A stretch of DNA of 58,880 nucleotides from an uncultured Pirellulales bacterium. GTDB taxonomy: Bacteria; Planctomycetota; Phycisphaerae; Sedimentisphaerales; Anaerobacaceae. The position numbers and the translations under genes are program-made. Location of the stretch: NCBI GenBank assembly GCA_964564845.1, contig CAZMCN010000001.1, positions 1 to 58,880 on the forward strand. Reading direction: 5' to 3'. Each line of letters begins with the position of its first letter. Within the stretch, counting starts at the first letter, position 1. Of the stretch, positions 1 to 9,000 are shown piece after piece. The notes below the pieces were generated by a model that was given only the letters and a program-made list of their open reading frames with translations, was not told where the DNA came from and ran no database searches.

Positions 1-356
1 CACCTTATGAACGTATGTTTGGAACAGCAAAAATATGCTTTGACCACAATCTTGCCAAGGCAAAACTGCTTCTTATTCTGGGTGGGAAAGCCAACAACAC
101 GCTGATTGATGTAACTTTCAAGGCCATTGCGGACGCGCTGCAGGCTTATGTTGAAGAACACGGGCCAACCAACATACCAGTTGTAATCGGCAGGGGCGGT
201 CCGCAACTGGTAAGGGGCCTTTTAACTATGAAAGAGACCCTGGATTCGCTGGGGCTGCCCTATGTTATATTCGGGCCGGATACTCCGGTAACTCAGGTGG
301 CTGAATACGCCGCCAAAGTCGTTAAGAACTACAAAAGTAATGGAGGTTCGAAATGA
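1..356 (+). CDS. aclB: ATP-citrate lyase small (ATP-grasp, beta-type) subunit, C-terminal fragment; 5' end lies outside the window
   Basis: The frame is open from the window edge to TGA at 354-356. The segment VVIGRGGPQLVRGL...GLPYVIFGPDTP resembles the RRGGPNYQEGL...IPIHVFGTETH region of ACLY/AclB. The stop overlaps the next start (ATGA at 353-356), and the next gene is the matching large subunit. Confidence 0.7.
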   Translation, partial: PYERMFGTAKICFDHNLAKAKLLLILGGKANNTLIDVTFKAIADALQAYVEEHGPTNIPVVIGRGGPQLVRGLLTMKETLDSLGLPYVIFGPDTPVTQVAEYAAKVVKNYKSNGGSK

Positions 357-2428
357 GAGCCAAAAAGTTAAGTGATATTCTTAAAGCTTCAGACCGAGTG
401 GCTGTTTCAAACATCACAGGTAGAGAAGCAAGCAAAGTTACTGTTGTTTCACAGGAGTACTGTGGAAATGTTGTTGGCGGCTGGGCTTTAGGTAAAGGCG
501 GCCAAAGCATCCAGGTCTCGGACGGCGAAAGCGTTCCTGTTTTTTCAACGGTGGAGGATTTGGCCAAGCACTTACCCAGGAAAAAACAGCCTAACAAAGT
601 TATCGTTTACTCTCCTCCGCCGGCTGTTTACGGCGATGTGAAGGAAGTCGTAGAACATCTCGGCAAAACCGTCGAAACTATTTTTGTTATTACCGAACAT
701 GTGTCAATAGAGGTTACGGCAAAGATGGCTCAGATTTGTTCTCAGGCAAATATCGATGTATTAGGCTGTAACACTTTGGGTGTAATAAATACCCTTGATG
801 GTGTTCGAGTTGGGGCAGTCGGCGGCACCGACCCGGCCGAAAGCTTCAAGAAGGGTACTACCGCTATAATATCAAACAGCGGCAATATGGTCAATACTAT
901 GGCCTCGTATCTGCTCAGCGCCGGCATCGGAACCTCGTACGGCATCTCGACCGGAAAGGATTTGTTGATTCTCACTTCTATCAAACGACTGCTTGAGCTG
1001 GCACGGGACGACAAAGATACCCAGCTTGTTGTTGCCTACATCGAACCCGGCGGGTTGTACGAAAAAGAAGCGGTCGAGATGATGAAGCAGACAAAATATC
1101 CCAAGCCCGTCATCGCTTACATTACAGGTGGACTGCTTCAGAAAGGCGGTCTTTCGCTCGGGCATGCCGGTGCAGTTGTCGAAGGAAAAGGAACAAGCGC
1201 CGAAGATAAAATGCAACTCTTCGATGAGTACTTCGGTATCGAACCTTTCGAGCCTGACAAAAAATATGATAAATCACCTGCCCTTACAAAGGCCCTTAAA
1301 AAGGGCATACGTATTACATCGCTGCACCATTTGCCTGCGGCGGCCGCTTTTATTTATGATACACTTCGTATTGAGCGGGATTTTCATCCCTCAAGGCCGC
1401 TGCGGTTAAACCCCTGGTTTTTGAATTATAAAGGTGCTGAAAAGCAACTTCAGAGAAAACTGATTCTGGAGAAAGGTACTATCCCTGAACCCTACAGTTC
1501 CCAGGTAAATCTTATGTTAAAAGAGACCTTCGGAGCAACTCCTCCGAGAAGGGATATGAAGAACGCAAGCTATGTATCTTCCAATGACGGCAAGATTGCC
1601 AGAATTTATGGCTACCGTCTCGACAAACAGATGGAACAGGGCTCTTTTATAAGGTCGTTGTTTTTGGCCTGGACGGGGGAAACCCCGAGGGATTTCGAGG
1701 CCAAATTGCTGGAACAATGTTTTATTGCCGCCCTTACTAACGGGCCCGGCACTATTTCCGCCCAGGGAGCGAAGCTTTCGACCTCAGCTGGAAATTCACC
1801 AAACACTGCTATGATAGCTACGCTGGCCTGCGTGGGCACTGTGCACGGTGGCAACGGTCAAAAGGCGGTTGAGTATCTCATCAGGGTCTTCAAAGATGTG
1901 AACCTTGTCGACCCCTGGGATAAGAATCACGGTCTTGACCTTGAGAAAATTGTTGACAGGGCCGCCAATGATTTTGCCCAACAGAGAGCGATCGCAAAAG
2001 AGGCCGGCGTGAGCTATGAACGTATTCCGTGTCTCGGCCATCCGGTCTTCAGGAATAACCCGGTCAACTATGACCCGCGGGAACAAGCTATGGCTAAGTA
2101 TATGAAAGAGAAGAAGCTGTATAATATCTTCCTTGAATTCTACCATATGCTTACTCACAAAATTAAAGATATGGGCATTGCTCGAAACGTCTGGGCCGTC
2201 AATGTTGATGGTGCCATAGCTTCAACCGTTCTTGCGACTTGCTGGCAGGCGTTGAAGGAAAAAAGAATTTCGATGTCTCGTGTTTGCGATATTGCCTTTA
2301 TGGTCTTTGCAGTCGGCCGCACAGCCGGCGCCGGGGGGGAGTATCTCGACCATCAGGACCACGGCAGTCCAATGGATATGCGAACTGCCGCCAGTGAAGG
2401 TGTTGCACTGACAAAGGCAAAAGATTAA
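353..2428 (+). CDS. aclA: ATP-citrate lyase large subunit (SucD-like CoA-ligase domain fused to a citrate-synthase-like citryl-CoA lyase domain), 691 aa
   Basis: The N-terminal half aligns by eye to succinyl-CoA ligase alpha (ISNSGNM, catalytic-His motif LGHAGAVVEGKGTSAEDK). The C-terminal half carries the citrate-synthase signature GHPVFRNNPVNYDPRE. It is translationally coupled to the upstream subunit. Confidence 0.85.
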   Translation: MRAKKLSDILKASDRVAVSNITGREASKVTVVSQEYCGNVVGGWALGKGGQSIQVSDGESVPVFSTVEDLAKHLPRKKQPNKVIVYSPPPAVYGDVKEVVEHLGKTVETIFVITEHVSIEVTAKMAQICSQANIDVLGCNTLGVINTLDGVRVGAVGGTDPAESFKKGTTAIISNSGNMVNTMASYLLSAGIGTSYGISTGKDLLILTSIKRLLELARDDKDTQLVVAYIEPGGLYEKEAVEMMKQTKYPKPVIAYITGGLLQKGGLSLGHAGAVVEGKGTSAEDKMQLFDEYFGIEPFEPDKKYDKSPALTKALKKGIRITSLHHLPAAAAFIYDTLRIERDFHPSRPLRLNPWFLNYKGAEKQLQRKLILEKGTIPEPYSSQVNLMLKETFGATPPRRDMKNASYVSSNDGKIARIYGYRLDKQMEQGSFIRSLFLAWTGETPRDFEAKLLEQCFIAALTNGPGTISAQGAKLSTSAGNSPNTAMIATLACVGTVHGGNGQKAVEYLIRVFKDVNLVDPWDKNHGLDLEKIVDRAANDFAQQRAIAKEAGVSYERIPCLGHPVFRNNPVNYDPREQAMAKYMKEKKLYNIFLEFYHMLTHKIKDMGIARNVWAVNVDGAIASTVLATCWQALKEKRISMSRVCDIAFMVFAVGRTAGAGGEYLDHQDHGSPMDMRTAASEGVALTKAKD

Positions 2429-2470
2429 ACGGCTGATGTAAGAGTTTAACTCTTTTTGAGGTTTGTTGAG

Positions 2471-2503
2471 CTGCTCTCTCATTTTTCGAGAGAGCAGTTT
2501 TTT
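2471..2503 (+). terminator. Rho-independent terminator after aclA, abutting the hisA stop
   Basis: There is a perfect 10-bp stem, CTGCTCTCTC (2471-2480) with GAGAGAGCAG (2488-2497). The loop is 7 nt and a T6 run follows. Confidence 0.8.
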
Positions 2504-3215
2504 ATTTGGCGGCCTTGATGGCGTCGGCAAGTCTGAGAGTGCCTTCGTATAATGCCCTGCCTATTATTGCCGCTTCGATTCCTAAAGCGGCCAGTTTCTT
2601 TATATCCGCAGTCTCGGTAACTCCGCCAGCTGCTACCACCGGTATATCTACCGCTTCTGCAAGTGTTTTTGTTCTTTCTAAGTTTGGCCCTGCCATCATT
2701 CCGTCTTTGTTGATGTCGGTATATATTATCGCAGCGATGGGCAGCTTGGCAGCCCTGGCTGCAAAATCCAGTAATTGTTGAGGGTTGTCCTTTGTCCAGC
2801 CATGGGTTGCTATTTTTGAACCTCGCCCGTCAAGACCCAGCACCAGTCTGCCGGCAAACTTCCGGGCCATCTCGCTAAACCACTCAAAGTCACTGATGGC
2901 TTTTGTTGCGATTATTACCCGCTCTATCGGCAGAGCGAGTAATTGTTGTATGGAGTTTTCGTCTCTGATTCCACCGCCGACCTCAATTTTCAATTGTCCA
3001 GGTGCCGCTATTGCCGATATTGTCTCGGTATTTACGGGTCTGCCTACTTTGGCGCCGTCCAAATCGACGATATGCAGCCAGTGAGCCCCTGCAGTAATAA
3101 AGTGGCGTGCCTGTTTGACGGGGTCGTGCTTGTAGATTATCCGGCGGTGATAGTCGCCCTGGATTAGCCTGGCGCATTTGCCGTCCATCAGGTCAATCGC
3201 CGGTATGATATACAT
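2502..3215 (-). CDS. hisA: 1-(5-phosphoribosyl)-5-[(5-phosphoribosylamino)methylideneamino]imidazole-4-carboxamide isomerase
   Basis: The N-terminus MYIIPAIDLMDGKCARLIQGDY and GGGIRD are classic HisA (beta/alpha)8 motifs. The ...THGW... element is also present. Length is 237 aa. Confidence 0.9.
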   Translation of the reverse strand: MYIIPAIDLMDGKCARLIQGDYHRRIIYKHDPVKQARHFITAGAHWLHIVDLDGAKVGRPVNTETISAIAAPGQLKIEVGGGIRDENSIQQLLALPIERVIIATKAISDFEWFSEMARKFAGRLVLGLDGRGSKIATHGWTKDNPQQLLDFAARAAKLPIAAIIYTDINKDGMMAGPNLERTKTLAEAVDIPVVAAGGVTETADIKKLAALGIEAAIIGRALYEGTLRLADAIKAAK

Positions 3216-3705
3216 CTGTGAACCTCAAAAATATCCCAATTTTGAAATCCCTGAAAGCTGTTTGTTGAATTTTAGACGAATGCTTTTTTGGTTTCAACAG
3301 ATTTTGTTGACTTTTATTTGAAAAGCGGAATTTTATCAATTAGCTGTTGACCTGCGATATTGCCGGCTGCTTTGGCTGGACAGGAGTTGTCTTTATTATC
3401 AGGTGTCAGAGCAAGATACTTGACTTGAGTATAATATTCTTGCAAATTAAGTTTATTGGTTGTATAAAGCGTAGAGGCTGTCCTGTGGAAGTTTGTGTAG
3501 GCCAGGTGTTTTGGACACGGTCTGCGGGATGAATTGCTGTGTTGTTATACCCTTAAGGGTAATAAATTCCCGCGACGGGGATTGTAACTTATTGTTTTAA
3601 AGGTACTTGCCCCCGAACAAACGGGTAATTTCAATCGTGAGCACTATAAAAGGTTTGAGTTTTTGTTGAAATGCAAAATGTTGGAAGAATGGAGGTGAAG
3701 GAAAA

Positions 3706-4494
3706 ATGTTAATTGAAGGATTGAATTCAAATGTCAAAATTTACATTCTGGGCTTGCTGGTGTTGAGTTTGTTTATTGGTTCCTGCAAAAAGTCTGTGCC
3801 CGAAGAGCCCGCCGAGATTAAGGCTAAAAGCGAGGATGTGACTGAGCCGGAGGTTATAAAAGAACCTGCTGAAGATGTTAACGGGAATGTGGCGCTTCCG
3901 ACCGAACTACCCGAGCCGGCGTACACAGGTATACCTGAGAAGATCCTGAGGATACCAAACCTGGAAGAGCCTATGCAACAGGTACGTCCACCGTTTTATG
4001 TTCCTGAAGGCACAAAAAACGTTGCCTTAAACAAGCCGATAACCAGCAGCGACGAAGAACCTATTGTCGGCTGGCTCGAAATGATTACCGACGGTAAAAA
4101 GGCGGCAGATACCGAGTCCGGGGCTGCCAACTATGTCGTGTTACATCCTTCTTTGCAGAGCGTTACTATTGACCTGGAGGCTGAGTACGAGATATATGCC
4201 ATTCTTCTATGGCATTTCCACAGTCGGGCCCGTGTTTATTATGATGTGATTGTGCAGGCTGCCGACGATGCCGATTTTGTTACGAACGTTCGGACACTGT
4301 TCAACAACGACGATGATAACTCTGCCGGTCTTGGCTTTGGCTCCGACAAGCATTATGTCGAATCGGCTGAGGGTAAGCTTATTGATGCCGGAGGCGTGTC
4401 TGCCCGTTATGTCCGCCTTTACAGCAACGGCAACAGTGAAAATAGTGATAATCATTATGTCGAAGTGGAAGTTTTTGGCCAACCCGTAAATTGA
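3706..4494 (+). CDS. Lipoprotein with an F5/8 type C (discoidin, galactose-binding-like) domain
   Basis: The signal/lipobox-like N-terminus is ...LVLSLFIGSC. The C-terminal domain NVALNKPITSS...VTIDLEAEYEIYAILLW...ARYVRLYSNG...VEVEVFG matches the discoidin pattern. The SD GGAGG lies 10 nt upstream of the ATG. Confidence 0.6.
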   Translation: MLIEGLNSNVKIYILGLLVLSLFIGSCKKSVPEEPAEIKAKSEDVTEPEVIKEPAEDVNGNVALPTELPEPAYTGIPEKILRIPNLEEPMQQVRPPFYVPEGTKNVALNKPITSSDEEPIVGWLEMITDGKKAADTESGAANYVVLHPSLQSVTIDLEAEYEIYAILLWHFHSRARVYYDVIVQAADDADFVTNVRTLFNNDDDNSAGLGFGSDKHYVESAEGKLIDAGGVSARYVRLYSNGNSENSDNHYVEVEVFGQPVN

Positions 4495-4658
4495 AATCTT
4501 CGACAGTATCTTACGCCGGCATTTTGGGCGGGGCTGCGGGTAGAGTGTATCCTGCGATGTCCTGGTTTTGCGCTGCCTGGTGGTTACCTTTTTAACTGCT
4601 AATATCCTTGCAGTTGGTCTTTGTCGAATGTATATGTATAGATTATCAATGCTGATAT

Positions 4659-4746
4659 GGAGAGGTGTCCGAGCGGCTTAAGGAGCCGGTCTCGAAAACC
4701 GGTGTGCCCTTTACGGGTACCGCGGGTTCGAATCCCGCCCTCTCCG
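4659..4746 (+). tRNA. tRNA-Ser (anticodon CGA), 88 nt, long variable arm, no encoded CCA
   Basis: The acceptor stem is GGAGAGG/CCTCTCC. The anticodon arm is CCGGT-CTCGAAA-ACCGG. The T arm is GCGGG-TTCGAAT-CCCGC. Confidence 0.95.
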
Positions 4747-4781
4747 ATTTTTAATTTGCCGTTGAGTCTGCCACAATTGTT

Positions 4782-5459
4782 TTATGCCGGCGAGGGCGAC
4801 TGAGCTGTTTTACCCACTGTGGGAAAATCTCCCTTGTCGCTCAGCAGTGCTTGTAAAATGTCAAAGATTGTTACCAACCCCTGAACCTTGCCCTCCTTGT
4901 CCACTACAGGCAAAGCACATCCGCCAAATTGACACATATTTCCTATTACGGCCGATAATGATGTTTCCGGTTTTACCGTGCGAACAGACCTGCTCATTAT
5001 CCACTTAATCTTGATTTGAAGGGTAGCATCGTCCAGCGATCGGCGCCACTTGGCAAATACAGGTCGAAGGTAGGGGCTAAACGCTCCTGTCAGGTCTGAT
5101 TTGGATACAATACCTTCCAGGGCACCGTCGCCGCCCACCATCATATAGCTGCTATTGGCCTGCTGCATCTTTGCCAGTGCCGCTGTCAGTATGGAGATGA
5201 ATACTCTTTCAAGCAGTATCGCAGCTCCACAGCCCGCCACCGCCAAAATTATTACCAACGGCACACTTTGGGCAGCTATAAAAACTCCGCAGATGCCGCC
5301 TGCGACAACACCTGCAATGCCGACCAGAAGTACCCTGAAGCCTAATCCGCCGAGCCAGACAAACAGCCCGGCCAGAAGACAGAGTAATCCTGAGCCGACC
5401 AAAAGGCCCGGATTGAACCACACTGCCAATTGTTCAAATTTCTGGACAAGTTCCAGCAT
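4782..5459 (-). CDS. Membrane protein with a C-terminal CBS-domain pair
   Basis: There are three hydrophobic helices in the first ~95 aa. CBS-like segments follow (MVGGDGALEGIVSKSDL; VRTVKPETSL...ALPVVDKEGKVQGLVTIFDILQAL). Confidence 0.7.
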   Translation of the reverse strand: MLELVQKFEQLAVWFNPGLLVGSGLLCLLAGLFVWLGGLGFRVLLVGIAGVVAGGICGVFIAAQSVPLVIILAVAGCGAAILLERVFISILTAALAKMQQANSSYMMVGGDGALEGIVSKSDLTGAFSPYLRPVFAKWRRSLDDATLQIKIKWIMSRSVRTVKPETSLSAVIGNMCQFGGCALPVVDKEGKVQGLVTIFDILQALLSDKGDFPTVGKTAQSPSPA

Positions 5460-5621
5460 AAGGCCTCACTTTGCCGCTGCAAACTCGTGCACAAACTGAA
5501 AAAACAACACCAACAACTAAATTATTTATCGGCCTATCTGCACATTTTTCGTTAAATAGTTATTCTTTTGGTGGATATGAGGCTGAAAAATGCAGGCTTG
5601 CGCCCCAGGGGGCGGATTTAA

Positions 5622-5706
5622 TGCGGATGAGAGGAGTCGAACCTCCACGAGCTAAAAGCCCACAGGCACCTGAAGCCTGCGCGTCTGCCAATTCCGCCGC
5701 ATCCGC
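5622..5706 (-). tRNA. tRNA-Leu (anticodon CAG), 85 nt
   Basis: The reverse complement reads GCGGATG...CAGGC-TTCAGGT-GCCTG...GGAGG-TTCGACT-CCTCT-CATCCGC-A. It has a long variable arm. Confidence 0.95.
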
Positions 5707-5952
5707 AGCGGAATGTAAATATTATCAAATCTTATCGTTTCGTCAAGCATCTTTACCTTTTTCGATACTTAGCAATAGTTATGTCAAATTACCTGTTATG
5801 GTCAACGTATGTTCAAAACGTTCGCCTTTTTTACAAATCTTTTAAGTTTTTGATATTACAAGGCTTATAGATTCACAGTCTTTGCGATTTTAAGGGCTAT
5901 TTGGGTTTTTGGTTGTAGTAAGGTTGTAGATTTGGGCTGAGTATGGAAGATT

Positions 5953-5989
5953 AAAAAAAGGGCTGCAATTTTATGCTCACAGCCCTTTT
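5953..5989 (-). terminator. Terminator hairpin after the 1322-aa gene, flanked by an A-run and a T-run (potentially bidirectional)
   Basis: A7 is followed by the stem GGGCTG (5960-5965) paired with CAGCCC (5980-5985), then TTTT. On the minus strand the stem is followed by U7. It lies 35 nt past the stop at 6021. Confidence 0.7.
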
Positions 5990-6020
5990 AGTTTAGAATT
6001 AAAATATGTCACGAGCTAAT

Positions 6021-9000
6021 TTACGGACAAAAAGTCAGCCATTGTAAGGCAAATATCTTCAAATCCTTGTTGCTGACAATCCCGTCACAGTTCAGGTCTG
6101 AGTTGTTGTAACCACCGGCTGGGCCAACCCACAACCAGTCATCCGCAAAGTCGGCATAGTCTATGCAGTTGATTATCCAGTCAGTATTGTAATTGGCACA
6201 GGTAGAACATACATTAGGATCAGTGAACAGGATAAACGACATATCTGCACTTTTGCCTGTCTGGTCATGAAGCTCTTCCCAGACCCACTCACCGCTCGCA
6301 GGTTCTGTATAGCCGCTAACGGCATCGTCATTGAACGTATGCTTGTGGTTGGTCCATCCCCACGGGTAGAGCGGATCATTAGTTTCGTATATAGCCTGCA
6401 CACTGAGCCAGAAGACCCTGTTGTAATCAGGCTGGCGGAACCAATTCGCATCAGGAATTCTGACCGAATAGCGGAAAACCGGCTCATTAGGCGCTCCATG
6501 TGGATGTTTGTCATACCCTACCAGCACTTCGTCATACTCGAAAGCATCATATTGCCAGATTACCTCTCCTGGATGGCTGTAAGGATAGGTATTGTCCGGG
6601 TCGTCGGTCGCCACATCTGTCCAAATCTTAAGCTCAAAACGGTCCGGCGATACCGGCAGAGGCATCCATGGGCCGGTACAACCTGCTTTGTAGTGATAGC
6701 CAATATAGGAGCCCCACCAGACCGCAGCCGTCACAGGTGTTCTTCGCTCACAGCGCCAATCATCAGCAACGATGATATTAGGATCACCCTTATCGTTCAT
6801 GGAATTCACATCCTCGTAGTGTGGCCAGTGGTGGATGTCGGTAAACGGCTGCTCCCACTTAATGTAATTCGGGTCGGTGTCAAGTTCAAAGGCTACGTCA
6901 AAGCTCTCATTCCAGAGAGGATCTTTAATCGGCGTGATATCGCATGGGTCAACCTTAAGGCCGGCCACAGGCTCTTCATGTAGAACGAACCTCACGGCAT
7001 CATCGTTCCAGCTCCACGGTCGTGTCTTCCAGCCCCAGGGGTAGTAAACAGAGACATCATTGGGATAAATGGCTGTGATGCTGAGCCAGTAAATATCATC
7101 TTGAGTCATATCGTTGAAATCATCCTGCCAGAATACTTCACATGGGTCCAAATCAACATAATACTGATAGCACACGTCCGAAGGATACTGGGTGCAGTAG
7201 TAATCACAGCCAACCTCCTCGACCTCGACCCGTGCAGCGGGCACGGTAAAGGCGTGCAGCAATGTTTCCGGATGGCTGTAGTTAGGTTCTGGTGGAAGGC
7301 CCGCAGGTACATTACTCCAAAAGCCAAACCGCCAGGCCACCGGCAGAACCGGAGGCATATCTCCCTGGCCCCCCGGACATTCCCAGTTGGTATATGAACC
7401 CCACCAGTGAATGCTTGTAACCGGCATAGAGCCGAGGCAATGCCAGTCGTCAGCGACCATGTTCCATTTGCTTTTCGGCGACGTTACGGGGCCGGAATCG
7501 TACGAATCCCAGGTGTCCACAGGGTCTGTGGTGAAGTCCACCTTATAACCCAGAGCACTTGTAAGCTGCGCACCAGCGCCCCATATACCCTGTGGCTGCT
7601 GGAAATTCTCTGGAAAGCCCCATTGGTTATTGGCCAGTTTTATGTCAGTAGCCGGTCCTGGTTGTAGGGTCACCACTGTGCCCATATCCGGGTCAAGGGG
7701 TGAAAGAATCCATTGCGGCGCAACCGGTGCGCCCCAGCCGGTTCCTGTCCACGGGCTTACAACTATGTTGTTGATAAGACCCCACGAGGGATAGTTTCTA
7801 TCGAAGTTTGGCGAGGTATTGGTATCAAGAACAACGCTCAGAAAATACGGTGTTGAAACAGCGCTGATATGCTGAATGCTGTGTACGCCTATGTTGGTTT
7901 CCAAGGTCCCGTTACCCCAGTCCAAACCACCCCAGCCCCATGCCACGCCACCTAAGGCAGTAGCATTGTCTATAACGGGGGGGCCTCCGGCCGGGTCGGG
8001 CTGTACCAGTGGGTCACTTAAAAGCCCGTTGCCACCATTGACCTGATTCCAATAGAGTCCATTGGGAGTCAAGTTCACGCAGAACAAATCCCAATAACCT
8101 TTTCCGCCTCCGACCTGCAGAGGAGCAATTCGTCCTCCATCTGCTGCGGAGCCCATCATCGCCGGTATCTCTTCCAACCATTCAAGGTATGCCGGTTCAT
8201 CCCAGCCCCAGTACGTTGGTACCTCGGCACAGGGCTCAATAGGTATTGGCGGCTGGGACCACTTCAGATTTGGTACCGGCTGCTTAGGAGGTTCAGGCGG
8301 TTCAGTTGTAATCATAAATGCCATATCAATCGAGTTTGGATGGTACGGATGGTTATCTGGATACCTCAGCTCAAACCATTCGGCTTCGAGGTAAACAGCA
8401 TCGTCGTTCCAATGCATGTATGAGGTTTTCCAGCCAAACTCAGGTTGAGGAGGCATACATGGGTCAACTGAAACGGAAATATCGAGCCAGTAAGTAACTG
8501 GATTGCAGGGGTCGCCCTGCTGCATGAAGGCATCAACCGGGTCGATGAAGATGTCATACCGGTATATCTGCCTATCGCCATATTGTAGCAGTTGACCTTC
8601 ATAAGGATCCCACCACCACTCAAAGTTTGGATCCGTTAGTTCGCTATGGAACGTTTCATTGAAGTCACCTGCGAAGAAATCCTTCTCCCACAGCGGCGAC
8701 TCATTCGGCATACTATAGCCTGTCGGGCTTTGTTCGGCAGGAATGTCGCTGTGGATGCTGAGGTGAATCTTTATGATATTGCCTTTTATGTCATTCTTCC
8801 ACGAACCCCAGAAATGCACGTCTGTAATCAGCCCGGTTGAGATGCATTTGAAATCGTCAGCCAGGACACGTTGAAATCCATCGCTGTCGTCACAACGGAT
8901 ATCGATACCATTTTTGGTTTCATCCGGCATTTGTACCCATTTGGTTGTCTCACTTATACTCGTGCTTGTAATCGCCCAGATTGAGGTCACACCATCGTCT

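Noticed and set aside
4525-4560. A tmRNA or other RNA gene suggested by GGGGCTGCGGG... just upstream of tRNA-Ser.
   Set aside because: There is no tRNA-like acceptor/T-arm pairing, no tag-reading-frame features and no downstream resume codon context. It is only a G-rich stretch with a weak wobble-containing hairpin.
5471-5845. A 124-aa plus-strand ORF.
   Set aside because: It overlaps the minus-strand tRNA-Leu gene and the flanking non-coding DNA, and it has no coding signature.
6267-6983. Long antisense or shadow ORFs inside strongly supported genes. Examples are 6267-6983 (+, 238 aa), 47753-48574 (+, 273 aa), 51271-52125 (+, 284 aa), 55078-55863 (+, 261 aa), 12331-12855 (+, 174 aa) and 28845-29405 (+, 186 aa).
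   Set aside because: Each lies entirely opposite a gene with clear family motifs (giant exoprotein, murB, ispD/cobO, pyrF, SagB fusion, GT2). Their translations are Arg/Ser/Pro/Leu-rich low-complexity strings with no motifs, as expected for shadow frames of moderately GC-rich coding DNA.
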